Shown: positions 37,430 through 47,610 of the stretch, piece after piece
Position numbering within the stretch: position 1 is the stretch's first letter
Layout of the letters: each line of letters starts with the position of its first letter
From: Candidatus Hydrogenedentota bacterium
Lineage (GTDB): Bacteria; Hydrogenedentota; Hydrogenedentia; Hydrogenedentales; JAEUWI01
Assembly: GCA_034669905.1 (NCBI GenBank)
Contig: JAXMOL010000014.1
Coordinates: forward strand, 1 to 64,000
DNA: 64,000 nucleotides
Direction: 5' to 3'
The notes under the pieces: generated by a model
The model's input: only the letters and a program-made list of their open reading frames with translations
Told to the model about the DNA's origin: nothing
The model's database searches: none
Program-made: the position numbers and the translations under genes

Positions 37430-37492
37430 GGCAGGTTGTTGCAAGACGAACGTACACCCCGTATCAGCAGATTGTCCGGCGGCGATTTCCTA

Positions 37493-38359
37493 TCACCACG
37501 CGATGGGTTCGGGAAAATACTTTCCGATGAGTTCCTCATAATAGGGACGCAATTCTGCAACATTCGGGGGGGCATCACTCTTGGTGTAAAGATCATAGGG
37601 ATTAAAGGCTTCCACCCAGCGGAACATGGCACGATCGTGGTCATTCATCAGGTGATTATAGGCCTTTTCCCGGTGCGCCGCATAGAAGGAATGGTAGCGA
37701 ATCATATAGAGCGATTCTTCGGGCATGTAGTCTTTCACCACCTGATAGAGATACTCATCGTGCCCCCAGGACAGGTGCACGTTGTCCAGCCCGGTGCCTT
37801 CTTCGTAGATCCCACACAAGGTGGAGAGCTCGGGACGCTGGGTGTCGGGATTGGCCGCGAAAAATTCGGGATAAACGATCTTGTCGGAGAAGGCACAACC
37901 CACCGGAAAGGTATCGCCCACGACGGCCCACTGGGCTTCGCCGTAGAGACACAAGACCTTGCCCAGATCGTGGATCAGTCCGGTGAGAATGAACCAGTCC
38001 GGGTGACCGTCTTTGCGAATGCCCTCTGCCGTCTGCATGAGATGCTGAATCTGGGACAGGTCCGTATCGGGATCGCTGTCATCCACCAGGGTGTCCAGGT
38101 ATTCCATGGCTTCCCAGATGGTCATGGTGCCATGCTGTCCCGGCGCAAATTGGGCCTTCTTCTCCTGGACCAGTGCCAGGGTCTGGCCTTCGTGATTGAT
38201 GCGATAGAATTCACGCACCGTATCCCGGCCGGGCTCATCGTAGTTCCGGAAGGACGCTTTCTCTTTCCCGTTGGGATCGTAATCCGTCTCGGGGTAGCGC
38301 CGTTTCAGGTCGTCTTCCCAGGCTTCTTCCAGCTCATGATCGTAGGCAGTGTCACTCAT
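37493..38359 (-). CDS. myo-Inositol oxygenase (MIOX) family
   Basis: 'FRNY', 'VDDSDPD', 'HLMQTAE', 'HDLGK', '[13 protein letters not shown]', 'SWGHDEY', 'IRYHSFY', 'FNPYDLYTK'. GGAG RBS before 38359. Confidence 0.93.
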   Translation of the reverse strand: MSDTAYDHELEEAWEDDLKRRYPETDYDPNGKEKASFRNYDEPGRDTVREFYRINHEGQTLALVQEKKAQFAPGQHGTMTIWEAMEYLDTLVDDSDPDTDLSQIQHLMQTAEGIRKDGHPDWFILTGLIHDLGKVLCLYGEAQWAVVGDTFPVGCAFSDKIVYPEFFAANPDTQRPELSTLCGIYEEGTGLDNVHLSWGHDEYLYQVVKDYMPEESLYMIRYHSFYAAHREKAYNHLMNDHDRAMFRWVEAFNPYDLYTKSDAPPNVAELRPYYEELIGKYFPEPIAW

Positions 38360-38461
38360 CGGGCTTCTCTCCAGTTGGTCTCCTATTCTACCACCAAAGT
38401 TCATTCATCGGGCTAGCGAAATTGTTTCCATTTCATGATGACCAGCCCACCCATCAAACTG

Positions 38462-38490
38462 TTGCATTTCTAACAATCTTGTGCTAGGAT
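38462..38490 (+). promoter_or_regulatory. sigma70 promoter of the MFS-acyltransferase gene
   Basis: TTGCAT-17 bp-TAGGAT with an extended TG. Confidence 0.6.
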
Positions 38491-38538
38491 TCCAATGGTC
38501 GTGATGTCGTACTATGGGCAAAAAAGGAACTCCCCGCC

Positions 38539-40443
38539 ATGCATTCGATTGGATTGCTGAAACAACGCCGCTTTGCCCCCCTCTTCTGGGTGCAGGCCCT
38601 GGGTGCCTTTAATGACAACGTGTTCAAGAACGCCCTCGTCATTATGATCGCCTTTAAGTCCATGAGCCTGGGTGCCCTCGACCCCACGTCCATGGTGGCC
38701 CTGTGCGGGGGGCTGTTCATCCTCCCCTTCTTCCTCTTTTCCGGTGTGGCAGGCCAGATGGCCGATCACTGGCCCAAGACCCGGCTGATCCCGTGGATAA
38801 AGCTCGGGGAAATCATCATCATGGCCCTGGCCACCGCCGGACTCTTCCTGGAGCACCTCGTGTTGCTCCTCTTTGTCCTCTTTCTCATGGGGGCCCAATC
38901 TTCCTTCTTCGGCCCCATCAAATTCGGCATCTTGCCCGAGCTCCTCGAAAAAGAAGACCTCGTGGGCGGCAACGCATTGGTGGAGATGGCCACCTTCCTC
39001 GCCATCCTGCTGGGCACCCTGACCGGCGGCATCCTCATCGCCACGGACCACGGAGCCACGTGGGTCAGTGCCACCGTACTCTGCATCGCCGTGCTGGGCT
39101 GGCTGGTGACCTTCCGCCTTCAACCCACCGTCGCGACCAATCCCGGTCAGCGCATCAATTGGGATCCATTTTCATCCACCTGGCATATGCTCGCCCGGGT
39201 AGGTGCCGAGCGGGGCATCTATCTCCCCATTCTTGGCATCTCGTGGTTCTGGTTCCTCGGCGCCAGTCTGCTCGCCCTCTTCCCCACCTTCTCGAAAGAT
39301 GTGCTGGGCGGCACGGAACACCTGGTCACTTTTTTCCTCGCGGTCTTTTCCATCGGCATCGGCGTCGGCTCCATACTCTGCGAACGACTCTCCAAGGGCC
39401 GCCTGGAACTGGGACTCGTGCCCATCGGCTCCATCGGCATGACCCTCTTCACCCTCGACCTCTTCTTCGCGGGTGCGCCGCAGGCCGAAGACACCTTCAC
39501 GCTGATAGGATTTCTCACCAGTTTCGGGGGCCTCCGTATCAGCCTCGACATTCTCTTCCTGAGTATTTTCGGGGGCTGCTACATCGTGCCCCTCATGACC
39601 ATGATCCAGCAGCGCTCCGCTCCCAAACACCGGGCTTCCATTATTGCCGCGAGCAATATCGTCAATGCCCTCTTCATGGTCATCTCTTCCCTATTCCTCA
39701 TCGGGCTGCGCCTGGCGGGACTCCCCCTCCTCTGGACCTTCCTTATCCTTGCCCTCATGAATGCGGCCATCGCCCTCTACATCTATCTCCTCATTCCCGA
39801 ATTCATGTACCGCCTCCTCTGCTGGCTCCTCGCCAATATTGTCTACCGCCTCCGACTCGAAGGCGAAGACCACATCCCCCACGAGGGCCCCGTGGTATTG
39901 GCCAGCAACCACGTCACCTTTGTCGACTGGATGCTGATTGGCGGTGCCTGTCCCCGACCCGCGCGCTTTGTCATGCACCACAGTTTCATGAAAATCCCCG
40001 TGGCCAATTGGATCTTTAAGGGCGCCAAGGTCATCCCCATTGCCTCCGCCAAAGAATCCCCCACCGTCTTGAAGGCGGCCATGGACAGCATCTCAGAAGC
40101 CCTGGAAAATGGGGAAGTGGTGTGTATCTTCCCGGAAGGCCAAATCACCCGGGACGGCAACTTCAATGAATTCCGTGCTGGCATCGAGCGCATCGTGGAA
40201 CGTAATCCGGCGCCCGTAATCCCCATTGCCCTTCATGGACTCTGGGGCAGCTGGTTCAGCCGCGAACGGGGCAAGGCCCTCCGTGGCAATCCCCTCCGCT
40301 GGCTCCGCGCCCACGTCGGATTACGTATCGGCGAAGCCATCCTCGCCGAGGACGTCACGGCCGAACGGGTAAAAGAGGAAGTGCACCGCTTGTACGGAGG
40401 CGACATGCCCCTGGCCCCGAAGGAGGACGGGGAGAGCAGCTGA
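38539..40443 (+). CDS. LplT-like MFS transporter fused to a PlsC-type acyltransferase
   Basis: 'QALGAFNDNVFK', 'FGPIKFGILPE', 'SWFW'; 'SNHVTFVD', 'IFPEG'. Confidence 0.9.
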   Translation: MHSIGLLKQRRFAPLFWVQALGAFNDNVFKNALVIMIAFKSMSLGALDPTSMVALCGGLFILPFFLFSGVAGQMADHWPKTRLIPWIKLGEIIIMALATAGLFLEHLVLLLFVLFLMGAQSSFFGPIKFGILPELLEKEDLVGGNALVEMATFLAILLGTLTGGILIATDHGATWVSATVLCIAVLGWLVTFRLQPTVATNPGQRINWDPFSSTWHMLARVGAERGIYLPILGISWFWFLGASLLALFPTFSKDVLGGTEHLVTFFLAVFSIGIGVGSILCERLSKGRLELGLVPIGSIGMTLFTLDLFFAGAPQAEDTFTLIGFLTSFGGLRISLDILFLSIFGGCYIVPLMTMIQQRSAPKHRASIIAASNIVNALFMVISSLFLIGLRLAGLPLLWTFLILALMNAAIALYIYLLIPEFMYRLLCWLLANIVYRLRLEGEDHIPHEGPVVLASNHVTFVDWMLIGGACPRPARFVMHHSFMKIPVANWIFKGAKVIPIASAKESPTVLKAAMDSISEALENGEVVCIFPEGQITRDGNFNEFRAGIERIVERNPAPVIPIALHGLWGSWFSRERGKALRGNPLRWLRAHVGLRIGEAILAEDVTAERVKEEVHRLYGGDMPLAPKEDGESS

Positions 40444-40473
40444 GTGCTGCACCTCAAAAGCAAACCACTTTCT

Positions 40474-40642
40474 GGAGTGTGGGAGCTTGCTCCCACCCTT
40501 CTCCAGGGAGCTTGCTCCCGAGTCAACAAGGTGGCTACCGACCCCCGACGTTGATTTCCCTTTTCAGACTGTCACCAAGGCACATTCACTCCTCACGCGA
40601 GCAAGCTCGCTTGGGGAAAGCGCAAGCAAGCTTACGCACTCC
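40474..40642. repeat. REP-doublet element family B (AGCTTGCT/AGCAAGCT palindromes)
   Basis: GGAGTGTGGGAGCTTGCTCCCAC ... GCGCAAGCAAGCTTACGCACTCC, with inner GGGAGCTTGCTCCC and GCGAGCAAGCTCGC. Confidence 0.8.
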
Positions 40643-40680
40643 GAAGCGACTCGTTGGGAGAAGCCCCCCCATGTTACCTC

Positions 40681-41649
40681 CTACCCCAGCCCCGCCAATG
40701 CTATCCCGCCCAAACCCACAATAGCCAGCGGCTCAATCAATCCAATCAGCAATCGCAGCCGAAAGAGGGCCTCGTCATAGAGCCCCCGGGACAGGTGCTC
40801 GAAACTATCATCGAGCTTTCCCGTAATCTCCCCGGTTTGAATGTAGGCCCGTGCTCCTTTCGGCAAGAACTTCGCCTCTGCCAGGGCCTCTTCCAGGCTG
40901 TGCCCCTCTCTCAGCAGCGGTGCCAGCCGCTCAAAATCTCCCGCGATACGTCGGGTACCTGTCACCTGCCCCGAAAGCCGCACCGCATGGTCGAGGGGCA
41001 GCCCCGTCCGTGTAAAAACCATCATGGCCCAGGCGAAACGGGAAATGAGGATGCGTCGCACGATTCCCGCAAAGGGCCAGGCATACATGAGCAGCGATTC
41101 GCGGGATACAAAGCGGAAGGTGACGCGGGCCACCACCACAATGGTCAGAAAGGTGCCGCCCACGTGAAGGCCGAAGTTTCGGAGTATCCAATAGAGTTGG
41201 GCTTCGAAGGGTGCCTCCGCAACACCCGCCACATCGGCCAGGAATGCCTGCAAGATGGGAATGCCGACGATGATGGCAAAGAACACGGCCGCCGGATAGG
41301 CCACCTGCCGAATCACGCCGTTATAGAGCCCACGGAGATCCTCATAGTAGTGCGTGAGTTGGGGCAAGATGGTGCCCAGGGCACCCGACTGCTCCCCGAT
41401 GGCGATTAGCTGCACAAAGAGCGGTGGAAACCGCTTCTGGTGCCAATGAATCGCCTGCGAGAGGGTGGCCCCCTGCAAGATGGACTGGCCCAAATCCCGG
41501 GTCACCGTGCGCAGGGCGTGACTTCCGGTGCTTTCTTCCAGGGCCTTCATGGCGCGCACCATGGGCACGCCGCTGTCGTAGAGGGTTCCCAGCCGGTGGG
41601 CAAAGTGGGCCAGATCACGGGCTGACAAGGTCGATGAAAGCAGGCCCAC
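40681..41649 (-). CDS. Type II secretion F / PilC-family platform protein
   Basis: Two GspF repeats: 'SGVPMVRAM...GATLSQA...GEQSGAL' and 'TGLPL...GEITGKLD...LIEP'; AAGGAG RBS before a GTG start. Confidence 0.88.
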   Translation of the reverse strand: MGLLSSTLSARDLAHFAHRLGTLYDSGVPMVRAMKALEESTGSHALRTVTRDLGQSILQGATLSQAIHWHQKRFPPLFVQLIAIGEQSGALGTILPQLTHYYEDLRGLYNGVIRQVAYPAAVFFAIIVGIPILQAFLADVAGVAEAPFEAQLYWILRNFGLHVGGTFLTIVVVARVTFRFVSRESLLMYAWPFAGIVRRILISRFAWAMMVFTRTGLPLDHAVRLSGQVTGTRRIAGDFERLAPLLREGHSLEEALAEAKFLPKGARAYIQTGEITGKLDDSFEHLSRGLYDEALFRLRLLIGLIEPLAIVGLGGIALAGLG

Positions 41650-41739
41650 CGATAGCTCCTTTACCGGGTCCTTAGAACCCCATCATTTTCATCCGTCCCC
41701 CATCCGCCACGGAGGTACGACTCCCCCTGCCTGCCCGGC

Positions 41740-42789
41740 TCAGCAGCAACAGCTGGCCCCATCGTCGTTACCCTTGAGCACCGTCGTTTCATCGCTGTGG
41801 AACAAACCGTAGTGCACACTCCGATCCCCCTTGACCTCAAAGTGGGGCGCGAAACGGGTTTCCTGCAACATGGCCGCCGTGTTCCCACAGACGGATACAT
41901 ACTTCCCCTTCGGAAAATGGTGGTGGTCATCCAGGGTGAAGGCACAGGGTTCATGGGGAATCGTGCCCAGATAACGCACAATCTGGCCAAAATCTTCGCT
42001 ACGATCTTCCAGCGAATCCACCTTAAAGGCGCGCACCGTAATCGAACAGAAGGTGGCGTCGCCCAGCTTCTCCGCCACCGCGGCATCATCGATGGACAAA
42101 ACCCGCCGGGTGGTCTCGCGGTAGTCGCGGATACCACAGTCGGCCAGGATACGGCGAAAATCTTCCAGGTACAAGGCGCCGGCCAGGCACTCACCCATGA
42201 GCACCGGGTCATCCTGCAAGGCGACGGGCAGACGCCGATCGGCAAAGACGTCGGAGAAATACAATTCGCCGCCCGGCTTGAGCACCCGCGCAATCTCGCG
42301 CAGGACCTGCTCTTTATTGGGCGACAGGTTGATGACGCAATTGGAAATCACCACATCAACGGAATGGTCGGCAATGCCCGCCTGGGCCAAGTCTTCCATA
42401 TAGCCCTGGACAAAACGGACATTGGACTGCCCGAAGCCAAAGCGGGCCATCTGGGTGGCTTCGTGTTTCCGGGCTTCGCCAATCTGCTCATCGGTCATGT
42501 CGAGCCCGATAACTTCCCCGGTCGGCCCTACCAGTTTGGAGCACACATAGACATCGCGCCCTGTACCGCAACCGAGGTCGAGGACCGTGCAGCCTTCCAG
42601 CGCGGCGGGAATAGGCGAGCCACATCCGTAAAACTTTTCCACGATAGCAGGCTCTAATTCGCCGATAATAGCGCGCACGTGGGCCGGCATACTATCCATC
42701 GAGCAACAGGCGTCGGTCTTCAGATCATCGCTGCCACCCAACACCTTGCCATAATATTCCTGCACCATTTCGTAGGTGGACTCTGCCAT
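41740..42789 (-). CDS. arsM: Arsenite S-adenosylmethyltransferase-like (AS3MT/ArsM type)
   Basis: 'YYGKVL...DLKTDACC', 'FYGCG', 'LDLGCGTGRD', 'ISNCVINL', 'GECLAGA', 'VCGNT'; C-terminal CCC. Confidence 0.8.
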   Translation of the reverse strand: MAESTYEMVQEYYGKVLGGSDDLKTDACCSMDSMPAHVRAIIGELEPAIVEKFYGCGSPIPAALEGCTVLDLGCGTGRDVYVCSKLVGPTGEVIGLDMTDEQIGEARKHEATQMARFGFGQSNVRFVQGYMEDLAQAGIADHSVDVVISNCVINLSPNKEQVLREIARVLKPGGELYFSDVFADRRLPVALQDDPVLMGECLAGALYLEDFRRILADCGIRDYRETTRRVLSIDDAAVAEKLGDATFCSITVRAFKVDSLEDRSEDFGQIVRYLGTIPHEPCAFTLDDHHHFPKGKYVSVCGNTAAMLQETRFAPHFEVKGDRSVHYGLFHSDETTVLKGNDDGASCCC

Positions 42790-42934
42790 GATAAACACTC
42801 CGTCAGGCTGGGGGCTTGTGCCCGAATAATTACCAATACCGATACGCCAGGGACACCTACATCATTTCATCCCACTGCGCTCTTCATTCATTCACGGGAA
42901 CGGCGGAAGCAGGTCGAAGCACTACGCCCGGCTC

Positions 42935-42963
42935 TTGCATCTCACTCCCGTGGTACGTAGCAT
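42935..42963 (+). promoter_or_regulatory. sigma70 promoter candidate for the MBOAT operon
   Basis: TTGCAT-17 bp-TAGCAT. Confidence 0.5.
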
Positions 42964-43039
42964 ACAGCTTTCGCGCCCGCGCATGAAAGACAGGCGGCGC
43001 GCCGTTCCGCCTCGCTGCTAAGAAGGAGTCCAACAGACC

Positions 43040-44464
43040 GTGGTTTTCAGTTCCATTGTCTTCCTGTTTCTTTTTCTGCCGGTGGTCCTTTCGGCCTACT
43101 TCCTCTGTCCCCGGGCAGCCCGCAATTACCTGCTCCTGGCGGCAAGCCTCTTCTTCTACGCCTGGGGCGAGACGACCTTCGTCTTCGTCATGGTGGGCTC
43201 CATTGCACTGAACTACGTTTTCGGACTCTGGATTGATCGCGCACGGGGCACCCAATACGCCCGACTCCCCCTGGTACTCGGCATCCTCGTCAACCTCGAG
43301 CTCCTCGCCCTGTACAAATACAGCACCTTCTTCATCGACAATCTCAATTACTTCCTGGGGCTCTTCGGGGTCGCACCCCTCATGCTGGAAGGTCGCCACC
43401 TCCCCATCGGTATTTCCTTCTTCACCTTCCAGGCCATGTCTTACATCATCGATGTCTATCGGGAAGCCGCGCGCCCCCAACGGAACCCCTTTAACCTGGC
43501 TCTCTACATCGCCCTCTTCCCCCAACTCATCGCCGGGCCCATCGTCCGCTATCAGCAAATCGCCGCCGAAATCCTGGAACGCCGATCCCGCGCCCATGAC
43601 GTGGTCGAAGGCATCAAACGTTTCGTCATCGGACTGGGCAAGAAGGTGCTCATCGCCAACACGGTGGCCCTGGGGGCCGACCAGGTTTTCGCCCTGCCCC
43701 CCAACGAACTCACCACCCCCCTCGCCTGGTTCGGCATCGTCTGCTACACGCTCCAGATCTATTTCGACTTCTCCGGCTACTCCGATATGGCCATTGGCCT
43801 GGGCCGCATCTTCGGATTTCACTTTCTGGAAAACTTTCAGTGGCCCTACATCGCCCAATCCATCCAGGAGTTCTGGCGGCGCTGGCACATTTCCCTCTCG
43901 AGCTGGTTTCGGGACTACCTCTACATCCCCCTCGGTGGCAGCCGCGGCACCGCAGGGCGCACCGCCTTCAACCTCGTTACCGTATTTTTTCTCTGCGGAC
44001 TCTGGCACGGTGCCGCCTGGAATTTTGCGCTTTGGGGACTCTTCCACGGTGCCTTCCTCGTCCTCGAGCGGAGCCCCTTCGGCGCCTGGCTGGGGCGCTG
44101 GCCCCGTCCGCTGCGACACGTCTATGTACTCCTCGTCGTAATCGTGGGCTGGGTCCTCTTCCGAGTCACCAGCCTGGCCGCCGGAAGCACCTACCTCCTC
44201 GCCCTGGTGGGATTCGCCGAAGGCACCAGTGTAGTGCGCCCCCTGGCCCTCTACGCCACACCCGATATGCTCATGGCCCTTGTGGTGGGCTGCGTGGCCG
44301 CCACCCCCGTTTTGCCCCGCCTGCGCCAACTTGCCCTCATGCACCCGACCCTCCAGTTTGCCCGACCCTATGTGGCCTACGTCGGTTACTTCTTCTTGCT
44401 CTACACCTGCGCGGTGCTCTTGTCCGCCCAGACCTACAACCCCTTCATCTACTTCCGGTTTTGA
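43040..44464 (+). CDS. algI: MBOAT O-acetyltransferase, AlgI/PatA/DltB family
   Basis: 'MVFSS..FLF.FLP', 'PIGISFFTFQ', 'FPQLIAGPI', 'DFSGYSDMA', 'FWRRWHISL', 'GLWHGA', 'YNPFIYFRF'. Confidence 0.9.
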   Translation: MVFSSIVFLFLFLPVVLSAYFLCPRAARNYLLLAASLFFYAWGETTFVFVMVGSIALNYVFGLWIDRARGTQYARLPLVLGILVNLELLALYKYSTFFIDNLNYFLGLFGVAPLMLEGRHLPIGISFFTFQAMSYIIDVYREAARPQRNPFNLALYIALFPQLIAGPIVRYQQIAAEILERRSRAHDVVEGIKRFVIGLGKKVLIANTVALGADQVFALPPNELTTPLAWFGIVCYTLQIYFDFSGYSDMAIGLGRIFGFHFLENFQWPYIAQSIQEFWRRWHISLSSWFRDYLYIPLGGSRGTAGRTAFNLVTVFFLCGLWHGAAWNFALWGLFHGAFLVLERSPFGAWLGRWPRPLRHVYVLLVVIVGWVLFRVTSLAAGSTYLLALVGFAEGTSVVRPLALYATPDMLMALVVGCVAATPVLPRLRQLALMHPTLQFARPYVAYVGYFFLLYTCAVLLSAQTYNPFIYFRF

Positions 44465-44465
44465 T

Positions 44466-45638
44466 ATGAGCGACGCTACAACAACCCAAACGATGGCCGA
44501 TGCGGGCAGCCAGACACCGCGTCAACGGCTCTTCATTGGCATCTTCTTCCTCTTTCTCTGGCTGCCCTTGCTCGACAGCGTCCTCCACCTGGACCGCACC
44601 CTGCCCACCAACGAAAACCGGGCCCTCGCACCGGCACCCGTAGTCGATGCGCCCAAAGAATTTCCCCAACAGTTCTCCGCCTGGTACGACGACCGCTTCG
44701 GCTTTCGAAACTTCCTGGTGAAGCAATACCATACCGTCCATTTCGGGTGGCTCGGCATCACCGACCCCGAGCTCGTGGTGCAGGGGAAGGAGGACTGGCT
44801 CTACCTCGGCCGCCGTCGCCTCATCGATGAAGCCCGGGGCCTGAACCCGGCCACGGAAAACGAAATCGCGGCATGGGTCGAAAAACTCGACGCCATTCAC
44901 GCCTGGCAGACCCAGCGGGGCGGTCGCTTCCTGTTGGTCCTCGTGCCCGACAAACACCGGGTCTATCCCGAATACCTCCCCGACTGGTTCATTCCCCAGG
45001 AACAACGCCGGAAGGAACAATTGCTCCAGGCCCTCGCAGGACACGAGATGGAAATTCTCGACCTGACCAAAATATTACGGATCATGAAACCTGCGTTCTC
45101 CCACGATCTATGGCTGAAGACCGATACCCACTGGAATGGCCTCGGCGCCTTTGGCGCCACGCAGGCCATCACCCAACAACTCGGCCTGCCCATACCGCCC
45201 GAAGACGATTTCGTGCTGGCCGATCACCCGCCGCTCCACGAAAACGCCTGGCACAAAACGGGGAACCTGGCCGATTTTCTCGGGGTCCGTAGTCTCGTAC
45301 CCGAAGATTGGATCGGCCTCCTGCCCAAAGAACCCCAGGCCCAACGCCATACCCACTTCGCCCCACCCACCCGTAACGTGAGTGGTGTGAATGTGCCCCT
45401 GGCCAGCCGCATCGACAACGACTCCCTGCCCACCGGCCTCGTACTCGGCGACTCCTTCCGCTGGGCACTCATTCCCACCCTGTCGGAATCCTTTCGTGAG
45501 ATCCTCTATACGGACTTCCGCTACTGCTTCTTTGATCCCGCCCTGGCCGAGTCACTAAATCCCGATATCATCCTATTCCAGATGACCGAGCGCCAGTTGC
45601 TCCACCACCCGTTACCGCCAGGCGAAAACACGTGGTAG
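44466..45638 (+). CDS. AlgJ/AlgX-like SGNH O-acetyltransferase partner
   Basis: N-terminal TM; 'ENRALA', 'DRFGFR', 'GKEDWLY', 'VPDK', 'TDTHWN', 'GDSF'. Confidence 0.85.
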   Translation: MSDATTTQTMADAGSQTPRQRLFIGIFFLFLWLPLLDSVLHLDRTLPTNENRALAPAPVVDAPKEFPQQFSAWYDDRFGFRNFLVKQYHTVHFGWLGITDPELVVQGKEDWLYLGRRRLIDEARGLNPATENEIAAWVEKLDAIHAWQTQRGGRFLLVLVPDKHRVYPEYLPDWFIPQEQRRKEQLLQALAGHEMEILDLTKILRIMKPAFSHDLWLKTDTHWNGLGAFGATQAITQQLGLPIPPEDDFVLADHPPLHENAWHKTGNLADFLGVRSLVPEDWIGLLPKEPQAQRHTHFAPPTRNVSGVNVPLASRIDNDSLPTGLVLGDSFRWALIPTLSESFREILYTDFRYCFFDPALAESLNPDIILFQMTERQLLHHPLPPGENTW

Positions 45639-45748
45639 CGACATCGGCGGGACGTTGGGACGTTTCGCCGCAGGGGCAATAGACACCGCAGCGGAGACGG
45701 TGTGAAAAACGGAAGCATCCGGACAGGGGCGCACCACACAGATCACCA

Positions 45749-46162
45749 GCGCAATCGACACCAACGCACACACCATCATCACAGCGACGCAACACCATCT
45801 ACCCCTCACCGTGAGCAAGCTCACTCAGAAAAGCGCAAGCAAGCTTACGCACGCCACAGAGACAACCTGCGCAAACAAGACGCACTCCTTGGAGTGGGAC
45901 AGCTTGCTGTCTCCCTGCCGAAGGGAGCTTGCTCCCGACGAACGGGCGCGCACGGCGCAGTGCACCCGCGCAACCGACACCAAAGCACACACCAGCATCA
46001 CAGCGACGCAACACCATCTACCCCACACCGTGAGCAAGCTCACTCAAAAAAGCGCAAGCAAGCTTACGCACGCCACAGAGACAACCTGCGCAAACAAGAG
46101 GCACTCCTCGTAGTGAGACAGCTTGCTGTCTCCCTGCCGGAGGGAACTTGCTCCCGACGAAC
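45749..46162. repeat. Tandem duplication (period 219 bp) of family B REP units
   Basis: The block at 45751 recurs at 45970. Each copy has GTGAGCAAGCTCAC, GCGCAAGCAAGCTTACGCAC and GAC-AGCTTGCT-GTC. Confidence 0.88.
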
Positions 46163-46178
46163 TCACACAGACTCCGCG

Positions 46179-47576
46179 CTACGGCACCGCGTCCAGCACC
46201 CGCCGTATAAACGCCTCCAGCGGAAACTTACCTTCCGTCGTCAGCCCAAGCCGCACAATGACCATATCCCGCGACGGCACGACGACGACAAACTGCCCTT
46301 CATGGCCCGATGCGAAATAAAGGTCTCCGGGCAAGGTCGGCATGGGACGACGTTCCGGCTCGCCAGACGGGCCCGCGTTCAGCCACCAGTGGGCCCCATA
46401 ATTTCCCTTCGGCGCGGTGGGCGTCGGAGTCGCGCTGTATTCCACCCAGCCCTCCGGCAGAATCCGCTCCCCCTCCCAGACACCGTCCCGCAGATACAGC
46501 AACCCAAAGCGCGCCCAGTCCCGCGCCGTGGCATAGGTATAGGACGAACCCACAAACGTCCCGGAGGCATCGGGCTCCATCAGCGCACTCCCCATGCCCA
46601 GCGGACCAAAGAGGGCCGTGCGGGGAAAATTGAAGTAGTCGGCCTGGCTGCCACCCACAGCCTCCCGCACGATGCGGGACACCAGATTCGACGTACCACT
46701 CGAATAGGCCCAATGGGTATCGGGCCCGTGGGCCAGGTCACATCGCGCGGCATAGCTGCCGAAATCTTCGGAGCGATAAAGCATGTGCAGCACATCGGCG
46801 AAGGGGTCCCCGTAGCCTTCGTTAAATTCGAGGCCGCTGCTCATGCGCAACAACATATCCAAGGTAATGGCCTGTCGCGGATCGCCCGGTTCCTGCCACT
46901 CCGCAACGGGCGCCGGCGCATGCAGATCCAGTTTCCCTTCTTTCACCAGCACCCCCACAAGGGCACTGGTCACGCTCTTCGACATGGACCAGCCCAACAG
47001 GGGCGTGTGGGCGTCAAAGCCGGGCGCATAACGCTCCGCAATCAACTGTTCGCCCTGCACCACCAACACCGCCCGCGTGCGGCGTCCGGGAATTACACCC
47101 GGTTCCTCAAAGGCCCACGTGATCGCTTCTTCGAGGGCGTGCTGGGGAAGGGCAGAAAGCCCTTCAACTATCGGCCCGTCTCCCCGAGGCCACGGCATGT
47201 GCGGCTCCGGTCCGGGAATTTCCACGGGGGTGAATTCCGTCTCAAAGGCCACTTCCGACTTCCCCGGTGCCAACAAGGTCACACCGATTCCCGGGTGGTA
47301 GACCGCCGTGCGAGCGGCAAGCCCCAGGCAGGACACCGTCACCGAACGGGCTTCTTCATCCCGCGACCAGCGAAGCAAGCCAATGTACTGCGCGACATCT
47401 TCCGCCACGATTTGCCCTTCTTCCCGCCCGGCCACATAGAGGGAAGAGGCAAAAACCTTGGCCGTATGCCCGTTGATAATGGGAAACACCACGCGAAGGA
47501 GAAACCCCGCGACAAGCAGGAGCGCGAGCAGCAACAGCGATGCGGCCACCTTGAGCCAGCGACGTTTTTTCGTCAT
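46179..47576 (-). CDS. Serine hydrolase, beta-lactamase/AmpC-like family
   Basis: SxxK 'WSMSKS', 'LLRMSSGL', 'YSS', 'ARDWARFG', 'SGHEGQ'; N-terminal TM. Confidence 0.88.
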   Translation of the reverse strand: MTKKRRWLKVAASLLLLALLLVAGFLLRVVFPIINGHTAKVFASSLYVAGREEGQIVAEDVAQYIGLLRWSRDEEARSVTVSCLGLAARTAVYHPGIGVTLLAPGKSEVAFETEFTPVEIPGPEPHMPWPRGDGPIVEGLSALPQHALEEAITWAFEEPGVIPGRRTRAVLVVQGEQLIAERYAPGFDAHTPLLGWSMSKSVTSALVGVLVKEGKLDLHAPAPVAEWQEPGDPRQAITLDMLLRMSSGLEFNEGYGDPFADVLHMLYRSEDFGSYAARCDLAHGPDTHWAYSSGTSNLVSRIVREAVGGSQADYFNFPRTALFGPLGMGSALMEPDASGTFVGSSYTYATARDWARFGLLYLRDGVWEGERILPEGWVEYSATPTPTAPKGNYGAHWWLNAGPSGEPERRPMPTLPGDLYFASGHEGQFVVVVPSRDMVIVRLGLTTEGKFPLEAFIRRVLDAVP

Positions 47577-47610
47577 GGAATTTCCTTCTGGGTGATGGGG
47601 TGCGTACGCC

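Noticed and set aside
46179..47576. Antibiotic-resistance beta-lactamase
   Set aside because: Only the general SxxK serine-hydrolase fold is evident, and the family is mostly esterases and amidases.
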